A program made the translations under genes and the position numbers. A stretch of 64,000 nt of DNA, from IMG/VR virus record IMGVR_UViG_3300031227_000038, positions 1-64,000 of that record. One strand, 5' to 3'. Under the pieces are notes generated by a model, which saw only the letters and a program-made list of their open reading frames with translations, ran no database searches and had not been told where the DNA came from. This DNA is from a virus. Shown here piece after piece: positions 23,151 through 34,036 of the stretch; within the stretch, counting starts at the first letter, position 1; each line of letters opens with the position of its first letter.

Positions 23151-24152
23151 TCACACTCTCCCTTCTGCTAATATAGCATTTCCACAGGTAATTTTACTTT
23201 CATCTTCATCAAACGAAGGTATAAAAACTATGACATCAAAACCGGCTTCAATCAATTCCCTTTCTATTTGCTTATATGGTGTAAAGTATTCATATCCGCC
23301 GGTTGTTTTGATGTTATTTTTTATACAAGAATCTGTTAAATGCATTGGGGTTATTTTAACCATAAACTTATCAGGATTAAATAATGTTCTAAGTTTAGCA
23401 GCATCAATTTCATACTCATCAGCTAATGCAAAATTAAGAGCGTATTTTCTACCAATTGGATATGGCATCATATTGCCTAATGTTGAAATCTCCTCTAATG
23501 TTAATGCACTTCCTGAAAACATTTCTTTTCTTTGAAAATCTGATGTTGAATTAATTGAAAATTGTAATCCAGCATTTCCAAGATATGTTGTATTTTTAAT
23601 GAAACACCACTCTAAAATAAATTGATATAAACGTCTATTATTTTTTGGTAGCATGGTTGAGATTACTGGATGAACTATACTATCGCCTAAGTAATGTCTT
23701 GTAATCTTCTTCAATACCTTTGCATGTGATAGTACATCCGCATTAAATGTTGGTTCTCCCATTCTTGCATAATGTATATTTAGTCTTTTTGTATGCTTAA
23801 CTTCTGGATGTAGCATTAGCGCTTGTTCAATCTGATTAAATAGATCATTACTAGTAGCGTTAATACCTGGTCCAACTTTAGGTACATCACAAAATGTACA
23901 GCCCATTGAACAGCCATATTGAGTTGAAATTGTTATAACCCATTTCTCTTCTAATGGCATTACACTTCCATTTGAAACACCTTCAATTTCTTTAGTTAAT
24001 CCAAGAAACTCAGCTTTAACATTTTGCTCTTTTCCATAATCACCAATTGATAAGAATTCAAGCGGCTTTCCTAAGTCTCCATTAATTATACAAATATGTC
24101 CTGTCGGTACTTTTCTAGTTTCCATAATTTTTATAAATACCTCACTGACCAT
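23151..24152 (-). CDS. radical SAM enzyme, RlmN/Cfr-like (rRNA/tRNA adenine C-methyltransferase family)
   Basis: ISTQYGCSMGCTFCDVP (CxxxCxxC) and ARMGEPTFN, compared with RlmN MGMGEPL. The assignment is from motifs only. Confidence 0.5.
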   Translation of the reverse strand: MVSEVFIKIMETRKVPTGHICIINGDLGKPLEFLSIGDYGKEQNVKAEFLGLTKEIEGVSNGSVMPLEEKWVITISTQYGCSMGCTFCDVPKVGPGINATSNDLFNQIEQALMLHPEVKHTKRLNIHYARMGEPTFNADVLSHAKVLKKITRHYLGDSIVHPVISTMLPKNNRRLYQFILEWCFIKNTTYLGNAGLQFSINSTSDFQRKEMFSGSALTLEEISTLGNMMPYPIGRKYALNFALADEYEIDAAKLRTLFNPDKFMVKITPMHLTDSCIKNNIKTTGGYEYFTPYKQIERELIEAGFDVIVFIPSFDEDESKITCGNAILAEGRV

Positions 24153-24348
24153 TCATCAGCATTATTTTTATCTGCTCTGAATATTAGATTATTCTTATCG
24201 CCGGTTCTTATTGTTAATGTTTCACCAATTGTAATAGAGCTAACTGGTCCACTCATCCATATATTTTGGATGCCATTATAGAGTCCATATACTATAATTT
24301 CTAATTCGCGTGTTTTCATTTTATTTCTTCCTTCTTACTAGTTTCCCG

Positions 24349-25197
24349 TTAGTAATTTCCATATCTTTCCCAATCTTCTTGAGCTTCCCACCAATTAAAA
24401 TGTGACATCGGATGTAGTTTATGCTGAGAATTTTTATTTAGCTTTCTAATTTTTAACCAGGTTTTAATATGAACAGGCAATGAATAAGTTGAGTCTTCCC
24501 ATCTTGCATCCATCCATTCATATAACTCTATATTAGTCAAATTATGACGATATTGTTCAATTACAGTATCAAGTTCGGCATATAAAAATCCCAGCTCATC
24601 TTCATCAGTTTGTCCGTCCCATAATCCTGCAGTAGGTACTTTATTAAGAATCTCTGCTGGTAGTCCTAATTTCTCTCCCCATTTCCAAACTTCAGTCTTT
24701 GTAAGATGAACTATTGGAGCAATATCTCCAGCAGCGTCACCATATTTAGTTTCATAGCCAACAAGTGTTTCTGACATATTACAAGTATTTAAAACGAGAG
24801 CGTTAAATCTTGCTGCTGAATTATAGAGTTGTGTCATCCTTATTCTTGCCATAATGTTTCCTTTACGATAGTTGTCCTTTTCTGAAAACGAATCAACCGT
24901 TTCTTTAATGCTCATTTCAATATAATGTCCATCTAGTCCAAGACTATCAAGATAATCGTCAGCAGGTATTAAATTACCTACATGCTCGAAATACGGAAGC
25001 TTATATGCAAAAACATGATCACTTCCAACTGCCATTACTGCCAACACTGTAACAAGTGCGGAATCGATTCCTCCAGAATATCCAATTATGTAATTCTTTT
25101 TTCCTGAGTCTGCTAATTTTCTCTCTAGGAAGTTAATTACTTTTTTAATTGGTCGATTTTCATTTAAAATTCGCCCATAGTTTACCTTACTATACAT
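24349..25197 (-). CDS. nadE: NH3-dependent NAD+ synthetase NadE
   Basis: YIIGYSGGIDSALV PP-loop. Confidence 0.85.
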   Translation of the reverse strand: MYSKVNYGRILNENRPIKKVINFLERKLADSGKKNYIIGYSGGIDSALVTVLAVMAVGSDHVFAYKLPYFEHVGNLIPADDYLDSLGLDGHYIEMSIKETVDSFSEKDNYRKGNIMARIRMTQLYNSAARFNALVLNTCNMSETLVGYETKYGDAAGDIAPIVHLTKTEVWKWGEKLGLPAEILNKVPTAGLWDGQTDEDELGFLYAELDTVIEQYRHNLTNIELYEWMDARWEDSTYSLPVHIKTWLKIRKLNKNSQHKLHPMSHFNWWEAQEDWERYGNY

Positions 25198-25541
25198 CTA
25201 TATACTCCTCGTTTTCTTTAATTTTTAAGTTATGTCATAACTTTTAACATAATGTGGTGTTGGAGAGTCATCTATTCTCCATACATCTATTTTTGTACCA
25301 GAAAAAGATACAGAAAATAGAGTTTCAGGAAGCTTTTCAAACTTAAAAACCACATCAACTATTACTGTACTGGGTGGTGTTAAAATATTATTTATTCCTA
25401 TATGCGATAGCTCTTAAGGTTCCTTTTTCACATACAACAGCTTTGAGCTCTGAATTGATATGCATAATACAATTATACTTAAATAAACTATGATTAAAAA
25501 GTATAATTCTATCACCTCCGTAGCCTTGTCTAATAGTAATA

Positions 25542-26726
25542 CTAAGATTCTCCATTTACATGCTCCTTCATAAATTCTAAATAATTTTTATTTCTACACA
25601 TTGCCTTCTCAGGTGTATCTGATATTTTTACAACTGGCATTCCATTACACATTTGCATTTTAATTACAATTGACAATGGCTTTATTCCATCACAATCATT
25701 AGTGAGATTAGTTCCTATACCAAATGATATTTTAATTTTACTCTTAAACTTATCAAAAAGTCTTTTTGCTTTAACTAAATCTAACGAATCACTGAATACA
25801 ATTGTCTTTGTCATCGGATCAATGCCTAGCTTTTTATAATGCATAATAGTCTCTTTTGCAAAATCTTCAGGATCGCCACTATCATGTCTAACTCCATCAA
25901 ACATTTTTGCTAAATCAGCTGTAAAATCTTCAAAGAATTTTTTACTTCCAAGAGTATCTGATAATGCTATTCCTAGATCGCCTTTAAATTCCTTTGCCCA
26001 TAAATATAATATATCTTTCTGATGAGTAGGTAGTGGGAGTAATGCCTGTGCAGCCATTATTACTTCATGTGCCATTGTACCAATTGGTGTTAATCTATGC
26101 TTCATTGCAAAGTGAACATTACTTGTCCCAACAAACGTTACAGGACTTATTCCATATAATTCCGAAATTACTTTATCTTGATTTTCACGACTATGTCGTC
26201 TTCTTGTACCAAAATCTGCAAAATGAAAACCATCTGAACTAATATCTTCGGCATAATTATACTTTTTAACTAAACGATTTCGCGCTTCAACAGTCGTATG
26301 ATACCAATTACTTTGCTCCTTTAAGTCGTTTTTTTTATGATAAATTTCAGATATAATTGCAAGTATAGGAACTTCATATAATATAGTATTAATCCATAAG
26401 CCTTTGATTGTAATTGCAAGTTGACCATCTTTCTCAGTTACTCTTACTTCTTCCTCAGGATTAAATTTAAAGTTATATAACCAATCAACATAATCTTCTG
26501 ATAAGAACCTTAAATTTCTAAGATAACAATCTTCATCAGATGTAAGCTTTAAAAATTGTAGGTTACTTATTGCCACAGCAATATCGAGTTTATACGATCT
26601 TAAGTCAACATCAGAACGAATTGATAAGTCGTATTCGACCTCGACATTATTAAAGTTATGCAATACGAATTGTTGCATCGTAAATTTATATAAGTCGTTA
26701 TCTAGGATACTATTAATAATACTCAT
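25542..26726 (-). CDS. pncB: nicotinate phosphoribosyltransferase PncB
   Basis: N-terminus ILDNDLYKFTMQQFV matches the PncB LDTDAYKLHMQQAV signature. Confidence 0.8.
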   Translation of the reverse strand: MSIINSILDNDLYKFTMQQFVLHNFNNVEVEYDLSIRSDVDLRSYKLDIAVAISNLQFLKLTSDEDCYLRNLRFLSEDYVDWLYNFKFNPEEEVRVTEKDGQLAITIKGLWINTILYEVPILAIISEIYHKKNDLKEQSNWYHTTVEARNRLVKKYNYAEDISSDGFHFADFGTRRRHSRENQDKVISELYGISPVTFVGTSNVHFAMKHRLTPIGTMAHEVIMAAQALLPLPTHQKDILYLWAKEFKGDLGIALSDTLGSKKFFEDFTADLAKMFDGVRHDSGDPEDFAKETIMHYKKLGIDPMTKTIVFSDSLDLVKAKRLFDKFKSKIKISFGIGTNLTNDCDGIKPLSIVIKMQMCNGMPVVKISDTPEKAMCRNKNYLEFMKEHVNGES

Positions 26727-27346
26727 TATTTAATCTCCTTATGATGTTTTTTAATTCTTTTATACGATTCATAAGAAGCAACATCAATATGATGAAAGTA
26801 TTTACAAAAGCAATACGGACATTGCATAATCACAACTACATCATCATAATGATAATTAAATCCAATTATATTTGGCGAGTTATTTTCAGCATCTATTTCG
26901 GTAACATGACTTCCACAATCAGGGCAGGTGTAAATACCTGCATTATATTCTGCACCGGAGAGAGGTCTCTTGTCGCTTAATTCTAACTTAAACTTTTTAC
27001 TTGCCCAATTTTTACCAGGAGTATATTTAATTTCAGCTTCATGTTGATGAAACATTACCCTTCCAGTTTTAGGTTTGGTTTCTGCTACTTCAACACTAAC
27101 AAATATTCTTCTTGGATCAGGATTTGCTGGATCAATTGTATCATTATAAAAATTAAGTATCTGCTTTCCACATTCCTCTTCTGTTAAGGTTTTGCAATCG
27201 ATACCTTTTTCGTCCAACCATTCACCAAACCAGCTATCCCTGAGCTTGCTATAATGTGAATAGTCTATTTTTTCATTATGTATCCCTGCTGCGTATTCAA
27301 CATTTGGATGCTCTGGCACCCGATAAAATAATTTAAATACATTCAT
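26726..27346 (-). CDS. hypothetical protein with C-terminal zinc ribbon, inside the NAD module
   Basis: CPDCG...CPYC. No NMNAT HxGH motif was seen. Confidence 0.45.
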   Translation of the reverse strand: MNVFKLFYRVPEHPNVEYAAGIHNEKIDYSHYSKLRDSWFGEWLDEKGIDCKTLTEEECGKQILNFYNDTIDPANPDPRRIFVSVEVAETKPKTGRVMFHQHEAEIKYTPGKNWASKKFKLELSDKRPLSGAEYNAGIYTCPDCGSHVTEIDAENNSPNIIGFNYHYDDVVVIMQCPYCFCKYFHHIDVASYESYKRIKKHHKEIK

Positions 27347-27426
27347 TTTTTTTTAATAAACCTCCATTTATTAATTTCTACATATATAATATAATATAAT
27401 TACAAAAAATAGTAAAAATTTTATTT

Positions 27427-28074
27427 TTATATCTCGAAGACAACATCTTCAGAAAACGCAACTGTAATATATTCATAATCATATACGAGTTTTTTAATAT
27501 ACTTTATAAACTTTTTATCGTCTATGCTAGCAATTAAATCAAGAAGAACAACTATTTGTCTGCAATCTGATCTGCCATACTCAATTAATTGAACCATTCC
27601 ATCAAGCACACCCTTAACACAAATATCTCCAGCAACTCCAAATATAAATATTTTATCGATATTGTACATATCATCTATAATATCAGCTTCAAATGCACTA
27701 TTACCTTCAAATACAGAAAACTTGTTTTTATAATATACGGAAGCAAACGGCGGCATAGATTCTTCAAGTATTGCTTCTGAGGAATATTCATTTCCTGTTG
27801 CATGATCAATAAGCCACGATCCTTCAGTATTCCTAATACAATGTGGAGGAAAAGTATTAGTAAGATCTGGATGTGTTGAAATCTCTTCATCATCGTAATC
27901 ATGTAAGTCTGCTGTATACCATATTTTGTGATTCGTATCAAGAGCTCGCATGGCTCGATACATAAAGTCATTTACTTCTTCTTTAATATCTTCTGCTCCA
28001 GGAACATATAAAGCTCCATTTTTATTCATAAAGTCATTTTGTAAGTCAACTGCAATTACTAATGTTTTTTCCAT
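27427..28074 (-). CDS. pncA: nicotinamidase PncA (isochorismatase family)
   Basis: VIAVDLQNDF motif. Confidence 0.75.
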   Translation of the reverse strand: MEKTLVIAVDLQNDFMNKNGALYVPGAEDIKEEVNDFMYRAMRALDTNHKIWYTADLHDYDDEEISTHPDLTNTFPPHCIRNTEGSWLIDHATGNEYSSEAILEESMPPFASVYYKNKFSVFEGNSAFEADIIDDMYNIDKIFIFGVAGDICVKGVLDGMVQLIEYGRSDCRQIVVLLDLIASIDDKKFIKYIKKLVYDYEYITVAFSEDVVFEI

Positions 28075-28299
28075 AATTTTATCTATTAATCTCCTCTATT
28101 GCTATTTTAATTGATTCTTTATTCTTTTAAGAAGCTCTTCCTTGTTACCTGCAAAATCTGGTTATAGTTTCAACTTCTATTTCTTCTATCAGTCCCCTGA
28201 ATATTTCTTATTATGTTACCCAAATACCTGTTCTCATCGTAAACTCCAAAAAATAAAATACCCCGATCAGATGAGTAACATCTAAGTGTTTTCATAATT

Positions 28300-28743
28300 T
28301 TATCTATTAATCTCCTCTATTGCTATTTTAATGAAGTCCAAAATATCATTATTTTCAATTAGATTATAACAAATGAATTTATCTTCAAGATAACCTTGCA
28401 TATACTCTATACTATCATCTATTAATAAATCAATGTTGTTCTCTTCACAAATCTCAGCTTTGATTGTCCACCACATTTCATCAGAAGGAATCCACCAACC
28501 ATAAGAATTGACTGTAATATCAACCTCTGGCCTTGTTCTACGTACATGATCAATAACTGAGAAGAAGTCTTTAAATATGCTTAAACTATATCCATACTTC
28601 TGCTCTAATTCTTCCTTCATCTCGTCTACAGGTGTACCAGATATTACATAAATATCATGTCCGGCAGCCAATAATTCATTGACCACCGGAATTATATTTT
28701 GTACATCTGATAATACACCATGTATATCAAATGCTATATTCAT
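28300..28743 (-). CDS. HAD-family phosphatase, 5'(3')-deoxyribonucleotidase-like
   Basis: FDIHGVL (DxDGV-like motif I), ISGT and LIDDS. Confidence 0.45.
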   Translation of the reverse strand: MNIAFDIHGVLSDVQNIIPVVNELLAAGHDIYVISGTPVDEMKEELEQKYGYSLSIFKDFFSVIDHVRRTRPEVDITVNSYGWWIPSDEMWWTIKAEICEENNIDLLIDDSIEYMQGYLEDKFICYNLIENNDILDFIKIAIEEINR

Positions 28744-29673
28744 TTATGCAACCATCCTTAGCTGACTATTCATAAAACGATGTAACAATTTCTGTGATTT
28801 AATTGCTTCAGAATAGTTCTTCAACATTATATAATTACTAATGTAATTCGTTGCTGTTGAATAGAGTGCCCAGAGAGTATCTTGCTTAACATCTTCACTG
28901 TTGTTAAGTAAATACTTTTCTACGATAACCGGATAGTGCTTGATGAATGCTTTGTTAAATCCCATTAGCTTAAGTGTTTCAAGCATTGTGTCGTTGAATT
29001 TAACTTCCTGCATACGATATATTGATTGAGTTAATTCATTAAATTCAACCATAACCTTTTCATATGTTTCTTCAAAATTCAATTTCGTTACAATTGAAGG
29101 TGTGTGAATCATTTTCTGCATATTGAACTTTACACCAACTAACATTCCGTTTAAACATTTGAAGCGATATGCTCCGAAAAGAATTCCAGCTGGTAAACTA
29201 CCATCTGTAGAATTGAATATATCAATTGTAGGAGCAATATCTGATCCGTCAACATTTACTCTTACGTCATCAAAAACTACATTTCCGTATGCGCGATTCC
29301 GTCCTGGTCTTTGATCAATATATAGTTTTGGAATTGAAAAATTAACATTGTGTTCATCAAGCACTTTCAACACATTATCAAAAACTTCTTTATGTTGAGT
29401 TAAATGATAGCGATCACTTACAATTGTAACAATTCCCTCTTCTGGAGTGAGATCTCTCATTGCTCCACTCTTTTCGATTATTCGTCCAGTTCTGCGAACA
29501 GAATTGAATCCATTATAACCCGGATCATTAAGTGCATCTTTTAGTGAAACTATCTTTGTTTCGGTTGCACCAAAAATTGCAGGTAGATCTGCTCTTTCTA
29601 CATCTGTAAAATGCACTGACATATTTTTCTGTGCAGCTGCAACTGGATAAATCGTATCTACTTTTGCTTCCAT
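28744..29673 (-). CDS. hypothetical 309-aa protein
   Basis: Intact ORF preceded by the promoter cassette. Confidence 0.5.
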   Translation of the reverse strand: MEAKVDTIYPVAAAQKNMSVHFTDVERADLPAIFGATETKIVSLKDALNDPGYNGFNSVRRTGRIIEKSGAMRDLTPEEGIVTIVSDRYHLTQHKEVFDNVLKVLDEHNVNFSIPKLYIDQRPGRNRAYGNVVFDDVRVNVDGSDIAPTIDIFNSTDGSLPAGILFGAYRFKCLNGMLVGVKFNMQKMIHTPSIVTKLNFEETYEKVMVEFNELTQSIYRMQEVKFNDTMLETLKLMGFNKAFIKHYPVIVEKYLLNNSEDVKQDTLWALYSTATNYISNYIMLKNYSEAIKSQKLLHRFMNSQLRMVA

Positions 29674-29745
29674 TTTAGTCTCCTTTGTTTTTTATTTTCA
29701 TAATTATAATATAAGATAAAATCAAAAAAAAGTAATTTAAAAATT

Positions 29746-29820
29746 AAATTAAAAAAAGAACCGCTCAACTTATGCGTAATTTACGACATGTGGTTGAGCG
29801 GCTTGGAGGCTCTTTTTTAT
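29746..29820. terminator. Rho-independent terminator, probably bidirectional
   Basis: 9-bp GC-containing stem CCGCTCAAC...GTTGAGCGG, flanked by A-run 29751-29757 and T-run 29811-29819. Confidence 0.55.
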
Positions 29821-31413
29821 GGTAAGAAAATTTTTTTTAATAATTAATTTACTCCAGAGAAAAATTGAGCAGTTTAGGTACATCCTCATACTCAGGAGGC
29901 AATCTAAGCAGGTCTGGAGGTATACCTACTCAGCTAAATCATTATTATGATTTTTCATAAACCAGCATCTTGCTAATTCTTGTAATTCTATTTTTATTTC
30001 AAAAATGCCAAATTTGTTATTAACTGTTGGAAGACCCATATCATCGCCATCAAAATACAAATTTAAAACAACTCTTTTACTTGATAAGTTGTTTGGATCG
30101 TTAGTATCAATTGTTGCGTGTGCTTCAAGTTCTATGAATTCTGGTATAGCATCTTCATCTTTAAGATCGTAAAAGTTTAGATCAAATCCGAGTATTTCAA
30201 GATCTTCTACTGTTATTGCAATTCTGCTATAACTTTTTAACTCTTTAACTAAATCTCTAATTGTTCTTTTCATCTTAATAACCTCCAAGTTATATTTTTT
30301 TAAATCTACATTATATAATATAAGAGGAAAGTAAAAAATAGTAACAAAAAAATAAATTAATATCCAAATACTTTATCAACTAATCTTGAATATTCTCTAG
30401 AGCTAAACTCATTAGGATTTAATAGAACTTTATTATCTCTCTTCTGTGGTTTAATTATTGTGATCACTTCATCTTCAGTATGTAATGAATTTTCTAAGAA
30501 ATCATTTAGACGTTTTCGCGCACTATCAACATTCATTCCATATAGTGTTCGAAGACCTGTTGTATCATTTGTTCTATGAGCTAATTCATCATTATTATGT
30601 CTGTCTAATTCAATGGAACATTCGACAATATCATTTACGTATTCAGTTAGTGCGACTATAAAATTTCTTTTATTAATGTTCATTTATTTTCCTCTTTGTA
30701 TCAAAGATTAGTTCTTTTTATTTAATCTTTAAGCTTATTCCTGTATTTTTAGATATGTTATCTTCAAGCTCTGAGATATTTTCAATCTTTGTTCTAAAGA
30801 TTGATTCCTTTCCACAGTGTGAACAACGAGCTTGAAAATAAACATCACCACAATACAGACTTAAATTTTTTACTATTGATATTGCGCTATCAAACGGCTT
30901 ATAATCTCCATTACAGTATACACATTCCATTCTTTTACCTCGAATACCTATCGGCTATTCCTGATGAAGCCCATGCTTCATCTTTAATTTTAGATTCAAA
31001 ACCATAAGCACCGCACATTCCTACAATGCCTTTAATGAATTTACCAGATTTTCCACCCTCTGATAAGTCTAAATGAATTTCAAGCTTATCAATATCTATA
31101 CCATTTGCAATTAACTCTTCTGCGACTTCAATTGACATTGCAGCTTCTTTATATAATTTTTCAGCGAGTGAATATTTTTTATCTTCTCTCATTCTCTTAA
31201 CAAAGAAAATTCCACCGTGACCCTCATTTATAAGAGCTATTACTTGTACAAATACATGACGTCTTCTTTTAGCTTTTTGACTATCACAGCCAATTGCAAG
31301 ATATCAACCTGCTGCCATTTTCTCTTTAATTGTATTAAGTATTTTGCTAAAATCTTCTATAATCTCTCCACTTCCTGTAATATACATAATCTGTAAACTT
31401 CCTTCTTTTTAAT

Positions 31414-31941
31414 TCATTCTATTATTATAATATCAGATAAATCTATGCCATATATTTTTTGTAGTTTTTTAATTCCACTTCTTCTTTTAAAGTCCAAATT
31501 CCATCCAGATGCAATTGAGTAATCATTTATAGTAGCTAATAAAAATTCTATTCCAATAGAACTTACTGAGACAATATCAGTACCTTCATACTTTCCTAAT
31601 TTAATATAACTCTCGTATTCATCTTTAGCTTCTACATCAAAAATAAATTTATCTAATTTCAATAATATATGAGATGGTACATGCGGGTGAATTTTACTAT
31701 TATTATTTTCTTTTAACTCTTCTATAATACTACGATTCTCTGACATCATCATACTCATGCCATTATAAAAATAAACAATTTCAACTTCACTTAAGTACTC
31801 TGAATATTTCTTTTCTATATATCGTAACATTGCTAATGCTGCAATCCCGCAACCGCCTCTATTAATTGATTCAACCTTGTTAGTATTATGTATTAATATA
31901 ATCTCATCAATTATTTTTCTAGTAATTCTATTACTTACCAT
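31414..31941 (-). CDS. hypothetical protein
   Basis: Intact ORF; contains GGCGIAALAM. Confidence 0.45.
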   Translation of the reverse strand: MVSNRITRKIIDEIILIHNTNKVESINRGGCGIAALAMLRYIEKKYSEYLSEVEIVYFYNGMSMMMSENRSIIEELKENNNSKIHPHVPSHILLKLDKFIFDVEAKDEYESYIKLGKYEGTDIVSVSSIGIEFLLATINDYSIASGWNLDFKRRSGIKKLQKIYGIDLSDIIIIE

Positions 31942-32160
31942 TTTTAATAAACCTCCGTTTTATAAAAATAAGATAATTATAATATAGGCAAGTTATAAAA
32001 AATAGTAACTTAAAAAAAGTATGTAAGCGAAGAATAAACATTTGCCATACTAACTTTTGTCTGTCTTCTGGCTTAAATTGAGCATCATTGGTCATCATTG
32101 GTCATGACCCTCTACTCTTCATTTTTGCCTTCGATTGCTTACATACTTTGTTAATCTATC

Positions 32161-32236
32161 TGGTACCCGACATAGGAATTGAACCTATAACCTTTTGAAT
32201 GTAACTCAAATGCTCTTCCAGTTGAGCTAGCCGGGC
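32161..32236 (-). tRNA. tRNA-Val(TAC)
   Basis: Hand-folded cloverleaf with acceptor GCCCGGC/GTCGGGT, anticodon loop GTTACAT, T-loop TTCAATT and CCA encoded. Confidence 0.8.
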
Positions 32237-32603
32237 ATATATAATTTATTCTTTTGGCGTATCGTCAACCTTATTAATATCTATGATCTTGTAACTAAGT
32301 ACAGTTTCTTCAAACGGTTTGTAAAATTCAATAGTATCTTCATCAAATTCCCAGCCTAGATCAAATATTGATTCATCTCTATTTGCTTCAGCCCAACCAT
32401 ATCCAATATAATATATTTCACCATTTGAAATTCTAAACTCTTTTATTACTGTTATTTCATCCCACCATCTATGAGGATCTCTATCGAGTTTTGCACATTG
32501 TGTTCCACATTCCCATAGTATTTCAAGTCTCTCATTAGCTGTTGGTTCTGAGTCTTTTGGCCATTTTATAGCAGCATATTTATTCAATACTTCTATTACT
32601 TTA

Positions 32604-33362
32604 CTATTCATCTATGTTCTCCTTTATTTTAGATACAAAATCCCAAGACAATCGAGGTTCTATTCTACAACGATTTATAATCGATTCAGACTCTTCCGGC
32701 TGGGCTACACTAAAATCAACTACAATATGCTCTGCGGTTTTAAAAGGTTTAATATAGATATCGATGTCAATTCGCTCATCATCAAATAATCTATCATACA
32801 CCTCTTCAACAATATTGTTTTCATCTAACATTGACTTTAACTGATCAGTAGCTTCTTTTCGAAGAAGTTCTTCTTCATTTTGTTTTGCTTGAAGTCTTTT
32901 TACTTCATCTTCAAACAAATCTATAGCTTCTTGTAAAACGTGAGGCTCTTCTTTTCCTTCTATCCATTCTCCTGAACTATAAATACTTAGGAGATCACCG
33001 TCTAGCATTCTATCATAATCAGCTATCATCTTAATGAAGTTTTTACTTGCACTATTGACGAAATCGCTAACATCATTAATTATATAAATCGGCTTTCTTG
33101 CTGCAAATGCTACTCCAATATCAAAATGACTTCCAGTACTTCCTCTATCATACCACATCCAAACCTCATCACACGCTTCAATTGCATTTGAATTCTGTAA
33201 ACAGATTTCTAGCTCATTAACTGTTTGATCAGTACAAAGCAGCGGATCATAAACATCAACTCCTTCATTATACATCTCTTCTCTAAACTCTTCAATTGCT
33301 CGATTGATTTCGTCGTTTGTACGCCTAACTGGTCTAATTATAAAAATCTTCTTGTTTTTCAT
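32604..33362 (-). CDS. hypothetical protein (N-terminus resembles nucleoside 2-deoxyribosyltransferase-like fold, weak)
   Basis: KIFIIRPVR...DVYDP. Confidence 0.35.
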   Translation of the reverse strand: MKNKKIFIIRPVRRTNDEINRAIEEFREEMYNEGVDVYDPLLCTDQTVNELEICLQNSNAIEACDEVWMWYDRGSTGSHFDIGVAFAARKPIYIINDVSDFVNSASKNFIKMIADYDRMLDGDLLSIYSSGEWIEGKEEPHVLQEAIDLFEDEVKRLQAKQNEEELLRKEATDQLKSMLDENNIVEEVYDRLFDDERIDIDIYIKPFKTAEHIVVDFSVAQPEESESIINRCRIEPRLSWDFVSKIKENIDE

Positions 33363-33429
33363 AGTCTTTTTTATACCCTACCTAAATATTTTTCTCTTTT
33401 CTTATTCCACTTTTGAATAAATTTCATTT

Positions 33430-34036
33430 TTAGTTTTCCTCTATTACTCTAAAATCTAGTGAATACTCTTTTTTATATTGCTCTTCACTGTATGTCATTT
33501 TTAATTCCTCTTCACTACATCTATAATCAACATGAAGTTTTTTAATTTCCATCGGAAATTTCATTGTTGATACAGCACCTTTAAATTTTTCACTATTACA
33601 TTTGTTAAAATAATACTCATCAATATAAAGATTATTCCAAAAAGATTTAGTTGGCATTACTGGTCGTCCTGATAATGCTGTAATTGGGTAATTTCTACCC
33701 ATATGAACTATTCTCTCTTTAACATCTTTTTTAAACTCTTTGAACCCTTCAGGGTCATAATCTATTAAAGATGAACAATATTTATTATATAAATTTACAA
33801 TCTTATTAAAATAATTCCTTGCAGAAGCTTGTGAAAAAGCCAATAAATATGAATTAGACTCCTCAACTAAAAGCTCAATCAAAGCTTGAGATTTTCCTAC
33901 TTGTCTGTTCGTAATTAATAATCCACTGCGATTTTCTCTAAGTCAATCTTTAATGTAATTTACGTTTTCTCTATTACAAAAATCTGATGTGTCAAGATTG
34001 TATAATAATGACTTGTTAAAATTAATTCTATTCATT
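33430..34036 (-). CDS. P-loop protein (LITNRQVGKSQALIELL)
   Basis: The 150-aa ORF extends upstream through TGA codons to MNRINFNK. Confidence 0.4.

Noticed and set aside
25542-26726. Calling this gene NadV/NAMPT, which would be the expected phage NAD-reconstitution enzyme
   Set aside because: The N-terminal LDxDxYKxxMQQ motif is the PncB (nicotinate PRTase) signature, and the neighbouring genes are pncA and nadE (Preiss-Handler), not an NMNAT.
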